This document shows, piece after piece, positions 18,816-21,460 of a stretch of DNA of 21,460 nt. The notes under the pieces were generated by a model. It was not told where the DNA came from. It did no database searches and worked only from the letters and a program-made list of their open reading frames with translations. A program made the position numbers and the translations under genes. The stretch comes from Myxococcota bacterium (GTDB lineage Bacteria > Myxococcota_A > UBA9160 > UBA4427). The stretch lies in NCBI GenBank assembly GCA_036336835.1, contig JAYZFK010000016.1:1-21460 (forward strand). Direction: 5' to 3'. The stretch's first letter is position 1, and each line of letters begins with the position of its first letter.

Positions 18816-19553
18816 TCAGAACTCCTGTGGAAGCCCCAGGTGGTGCTCGAAGATGCGGTCGCGCAACGAGATCAGGCTCGCTGCGCAGCCGCCGCTCCAG
18901 CTCGAGTAGGCACCGCGGATGTAGTCGGGCATCGGCGACTTTTCGGGCGGCAGCGGATCGATGAGGTTCGAGAAGCACGCCCAGTAGACGTCGACGGCGC
19001 GGAGCTCGTCGCCCATCAAATAGGGACCGCCGCTTCGTTGCAGCTCTCCAGCGAGCAGGTCTAGGATCGCAGAAACTCGCTCGGCAGCCTGCTCGGCGGG
19101 GTCGGCTTCCTCGATCCCGTACTTCCAGGGCATCGATTCGGGATCGCCGGCCGGGCTCCCGGCAAGCAGTTGCAACCGCCGGGACCAGCCGAGGCCCTGT
19201 TCGCCGCAGATCTCGTGACACAGGCCTAACATTCGTGCACGGTCGCGCGGGTCGCGGGGCACGAGTGCGGGATCGGGTGCGAGTCGCTCGGCCAGGAACA
19301 GGATCTCGGCCCAGCCGCTGCGCGGGCGCTCGGCGTCGTACATCGCGACGGGTGCGCTCGATTGGCGCGTCCACGCGACCAGCTTCGGATCCACCGTGGC
19401 GGCCGTCTGGCGGACCGCTGTGTAGTCGAGGCCCTTCACCTTCAGGATGCCCTTGGCCGATTCGCCCCACGGGCCGGGCACCGCGGCGGTGAGCACGAGC
19501 CGCAGGCCCTTGCGTTCGATTGCATCCGCGACTTCGATGTACTCGATCGTCAA
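18816..19553 (-). CDS. Glutathione S-transferase-fold protein (atypical PxPWGE subfamily)
   Basis: VPGPWGESAKGIL.VKGL, SAPV (cis-Pro loop), SGWAEIL..AE and C-terminal PYLMGDEL.AVDVYW (GST N-capping box); TTG start with SD AAGGAG. Confidence 0.75.
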   Translation of the reverse strand: MTIEYIEVADAIERKGLRLVLTAAVPGPWGESAKGILKVKGLDYTAVRQTAATVDPKLVAWTRQSSAPVAMYDAERPRSGWAEILFLAERLAPDPALVPRDPRDRARMLGLCHEICGEQGLGWSRRLQLLAGSPAGDPESMPWKYGIEEADPAEQAAERVSAILDLLAGELQRSGGPYLMGDELRAVDVYWACFSNLIDPLPPEKSPMPDYIRGAYSSWSGGCAASLISLRDRIFEHHLGLPQEF

Positions 19554-19581
19554 TTCTTCGGCTCCTTGGTGCGGCTGGAGT

Positions 19582-20586
19582 TCAGACGGGCTCGAGGGCG
19601 GCCCGCAGCGCAGCGTTGTCTCGCTTTGCCTGCTTCAGCCGCTCGGTACCGCGTTCGATCGTCGGATGGCCGTGCTGCGTGATGGCCTCGTGGTAGCTGG
19701 GCCGCTGGCGCAGGCGCTCCCAGTAGGCGGTCGTCCCCGGCCGTTTCCCGCCGCCCAGGAAGCAGTGGAGGCTGTCCGCCTCGAGCAGCCGGTCGAAGAT
19801 AGGGATCCAGCTCACGTCGGCGAGCGTGAACAGATCGCCGACGATCCAGGGGCCGCCGGTTCGTTCGAGCTGGGTTTCGAGCGCGTCGAGATGAATCGCC
19901 ATGTGTCGAGCGCAGCTCGCGATCACCCCGGCCGCGGGCCCGCGGTGCAGGTTGCGCAGTCCGAGCGTCTTCATCGCGATGAACAGCGTGGGCCGGATCT
20001 TCAACCGGTGGAACAGCAGGCCCTCGAAGATCCGCCAGTAGGGGATCTCGACCAGCATCGCGGCGAACAACGGAACCGTCAGGCCGGGGACCGCGTTGCC
20101 GGCCGACTGGCTGGCGGCCGCGATCGGGTCGTCCCCCGTCAGCGAAGCTCGGTCCACCCACTGCTGCATCTCGGTCTCGCGAGCGGTCTCGCTCGGGACG
20201 AGTGTCGTGACCGACCGCGCGCAATGGTCGGCGACGTAGCGGATGATCTCGTGCGATTCGTAGACGGGATGGCCCTGGTGGACGAGGACTGGAACCAGGC
20301 CCGCGGGGTTCACGGCCAGGAAGTCGCGCCCGATGTTCTCGTACGCGCCAGTCTCGATCAGGTGGATGTGGTGGCTGTAGTATTCGATCCCCAGCTCGGC
20401 CAGGCACACCCGGACCTTCTTGGAGCAGAGCGAGAGCGCGTTGTGATACAGCTCGAACTCTGATTCCGCGGGCAGCACGAGATCGGTGTGTAAACCACCC
20501 AACATGGCCGATGTGCGCCGGTGGCTACGTTCCCACACCACCCAGCCGAGTGCGGCAACGATCGCGACCAGGCTCAGGAGCCACAT
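19582..20586 (-). CDS. Glutathione S-transferase family protein with an N-terminal membrane anchor
   Basis: ELYH..SLCSKKVR..L.E.G, NPAGLVPVLVH.G..VYESHEIIRY and GPWIVGDLFTLADVSW. Start placed at ATG 20586, giving the hydrophobic MWLLSLVAIVAALGWVVW followed by ERSHRR. Confidence 0.85.
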   Translation of the reverse strand: MWLLSLVAIVAALGWVVWERSHRRTSAMLGGLHTDLVLPAESEFELYHNALSLCSKKVRVCLAELGIEYYSHHIHLIETGAYENIGRDFLAVNPAGLVPVLVHQGHPVYESHEIIRYVADHCARSVTTLVPSETARETEMQQWVDRASLTGDDPIAAASQSAGNAVPGLTVPLFAAMLVEIPYWRIFEGLLFHRLKIRPTLFIAMKTLGLRNLHRGPAAGVIASCARHMAIHLDALETQLERTGGPWIVGDLFTLADVSWIPIFDRLLEADSLHCFLGGGKRPGTTAYWERLRQRPSYHEAITQHGHPTIERGTERLKQAKRDNAALRAALEPV

Positions 20587-20719
20587 GCCCCCATCCTGCC
20601 ATGCTGGGGGAACGCGTTGTGTCATTCTGGGCAACTTCCTTCCCATCGCGAGACGGCTCGACTCGCCGGACCGCTCGCAAGTCAGTGGAATTACGCAGGT
20701 GCGAGCGCTCTCCGGGATG

Positions 20720-20735
20720 TGGCACGCACCTTGCG
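20720..20735 (+). promoter_or_regulatory. Sigma54 (RpoN) -24/-12 promoter
   Basis: TGGCACG-CACC-TTGCG matches the consensus TGGCACG-N4-TTGCW except for the last base. GG (20721-22) and GC (20733-34) are exactly 12 nt apart, and the site is intergenic. Confidence 0.7.
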
Positions 20736-20758
20736 GCAGCGTGTGTGGGGATGGCGCG

Positions 20759-20875
20759 TTGTTCCGGCTGGTTCCTCGCTCATGCTGGCGTCGTCCCCCG
20801 TTTCTAGCCCTATGGAGTGCTCTGGCACTTCCGATGTTTCGCTGGCCTCGCACCGGTTGGCATCAGCCGCCGTGA
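20759..20875 (+). CDS. Candidate 38-aa small ORF with an internal repeat (or a non-coding transcript)
   Basis: TTG start 7 nt after GGGGA, just downstream of the sigma54 site; reads MFRLVPRSCWRRPP-FLALWSALALP-MFRWPRTGWHQPP. Codon usage is atypical (CTA, TCA, TTT), so coding status is doubtful. Confidence 0.3.
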   Translation: MFRLVPRSCWRRPPFLALWSALALPMFRWPRTGWHQPP

Positions 20876-20901
20876 CGCGGGGCGTGAGACAGCGAAGGCC
20901 C

Positions 20902-20929
20902 GGCCTCGCCCGCCTGCGCGGGCGAGGCC
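20902..20929. terminator. 12-bp perfect GC-rich hairpin (possible terminator, RNA-stabilising element or attenuator)
   Basis: GGCCTCGCCCGC (20902-20913), loop CTGC, GCGGGCGAGGCC (20918-20929); no U-tract. Confidence 0.45.
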
Positions 20930-20970
20930 CAAGGCTTGGCCCGAGCGCGACTCGGCGGCATGCTGGATGG

Positions 20971-21460
20971 GTGTTCGCGCGCCTGCGTCAGCTCTGCGCC
21001 TTCGGGCTCCTCCTGCTGCTGCTTGGCTGCATCCGCGAGACGACGTTTCCCGACGTCGTTCTGATCACTCTCGACACCACTCGCGCCGACGCGCTCGGCT
21101 GTTACGGCGGCTCGCCGGGTGCCACGCCGCATCTCGATGCGCTGGCCGAGCGCGCCACCCTCTTCGCCAATGCATCGGCGCAGGCCGCGGTCACACCCGT
21201 CTCTCACGCCTCGATCTTGACCGGGCTGAACCCCTACACGCATGGGCTTCGCGTGATGCACGGCCGCACCGAGAACCGGCTCGCCGATGCGGCCCGGACG
21301 CTGCCGGAGGTCCTGCGTGCAGCGGGCTACCGCACGGCCGCGTTCACCAGCGCCTTCCCGGTCACCCGGCGCTTCGGTGTGGCACAGGGCTTCGATCTCT
21401 TCGAAGAGTCGTTGGGGGCCCACGCCCGGCGGGGGGGGGGCGCCGGCGCGCGGCCAACCG
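20971..21460 (+). CDS. Sulfatase-fold (alkaline phosphatase superfamily) lipoprotein, 3'-truncated by the window edge
   Basis: Not in the ORF track because it has no stop. Manual translation from GTG 20971 gives MFARLRQLCAFGLLLLLLGC-IRETTFPDVVLITLDTTRADALGCYG..ATPHLDALA....FANA.AQAAVTPVSHASILTGLNP..HG..TLPEVLRAAGYRTAAF..FG..QGFD.F, with lipobox LLGC. Confidence 0.9.
   Translation, partial: MFARLRQLCAFGLLLLLLGCIRETTFPDVVLITLDTTRADALGCYGGSPGATPHLDALAERATLFANASAQAAVTPVSHASILTGLNPYTHGLRVMHGRTENRLADAARTLPEVLRAAGYRTAAFTSAFPVTRRFGVAQGFDLFEESLGAHARRGGGAGARPT

Noticed and set aside
19447..20463. 338-aa plus-strand ORF
   Set aside because: Antisense to the GST gene, which has clear motifs.
20678..20694. 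IHF-like site upstream of the sigma54 promoter
   Set aside because: CAAGTCAGTGGAA matches the IHF consensus (YAA-N4-TTGATW) only partially; the position is suggestive but support is insufficient.
20587..20853. 89-aa N-terminal extension of the GST given in the ORF track
   Set aside because: Low-complexity, non-GST sequence running across the intergenic promoter region; ATG 20586 has better initiation signals.
20863..21423. 186-aa minus-strand ORF
   Set aside because: Shadow of the plus-strand sulfatase-fold gene.
21431..21440. G10 homopolymer inside the sulfatase-fold CDS, a possible phase-variation tract
   Set aside because: It lies 20 nt from the window end, where poly-G runs can be sequencing or assembly artefacts; the downstream frame cannot be checked.

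Overview
High-GC, gene-dense bacterial window with about 21 protein-coding genes; no rRNA, tRNA, CRISPR array or mobile element is visible. In order: (1) the C-terminal part of an uncharacterised RDRSWG-motif protein; a translationally coupled pair made of a lipoprotein di-heme c enzyme (bCcP/MauG superfamily, Tyr-type) and a secreted parallel beta-helix protein with a fused type-1 copper cupredoxin; then a SixA-like phosphatase and a class III CoA-transferase. (2) An octaheme c/HEAT/TPR lipoprotein divergent from a GYG potassium channel. (3) An 8-gene catabolic operon with homologues of the steroid C/D-ring (HIP) enzymes IpdF and EchA20, a PPOX/F420-type protein, three more SDRs and two amidohydrolases, followed by a PhyH-type dioxygenase. 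(4) A MetX-family acyltransferase resembling fungal Cys2/CysA serine O-succinyltransferases, divergent from a cytochrome P450. (5) Two GST-fold genes, a 384-bp intergenic region holding a near-consensus sigma54 promoter, a repeat-containing 38-codon ORF and a 12-bp hairpin, and a truncated sulfatase-fold lipoprotein with a Thr at the nucleophile position that the ORF track misses. The best candidates for an undescribed system are the MauG-like diheme plus beta-helix/cupredoxin pair and the sigma54-driven small transcript. All family assignments come from motif recognition by eye; no database searches were run.
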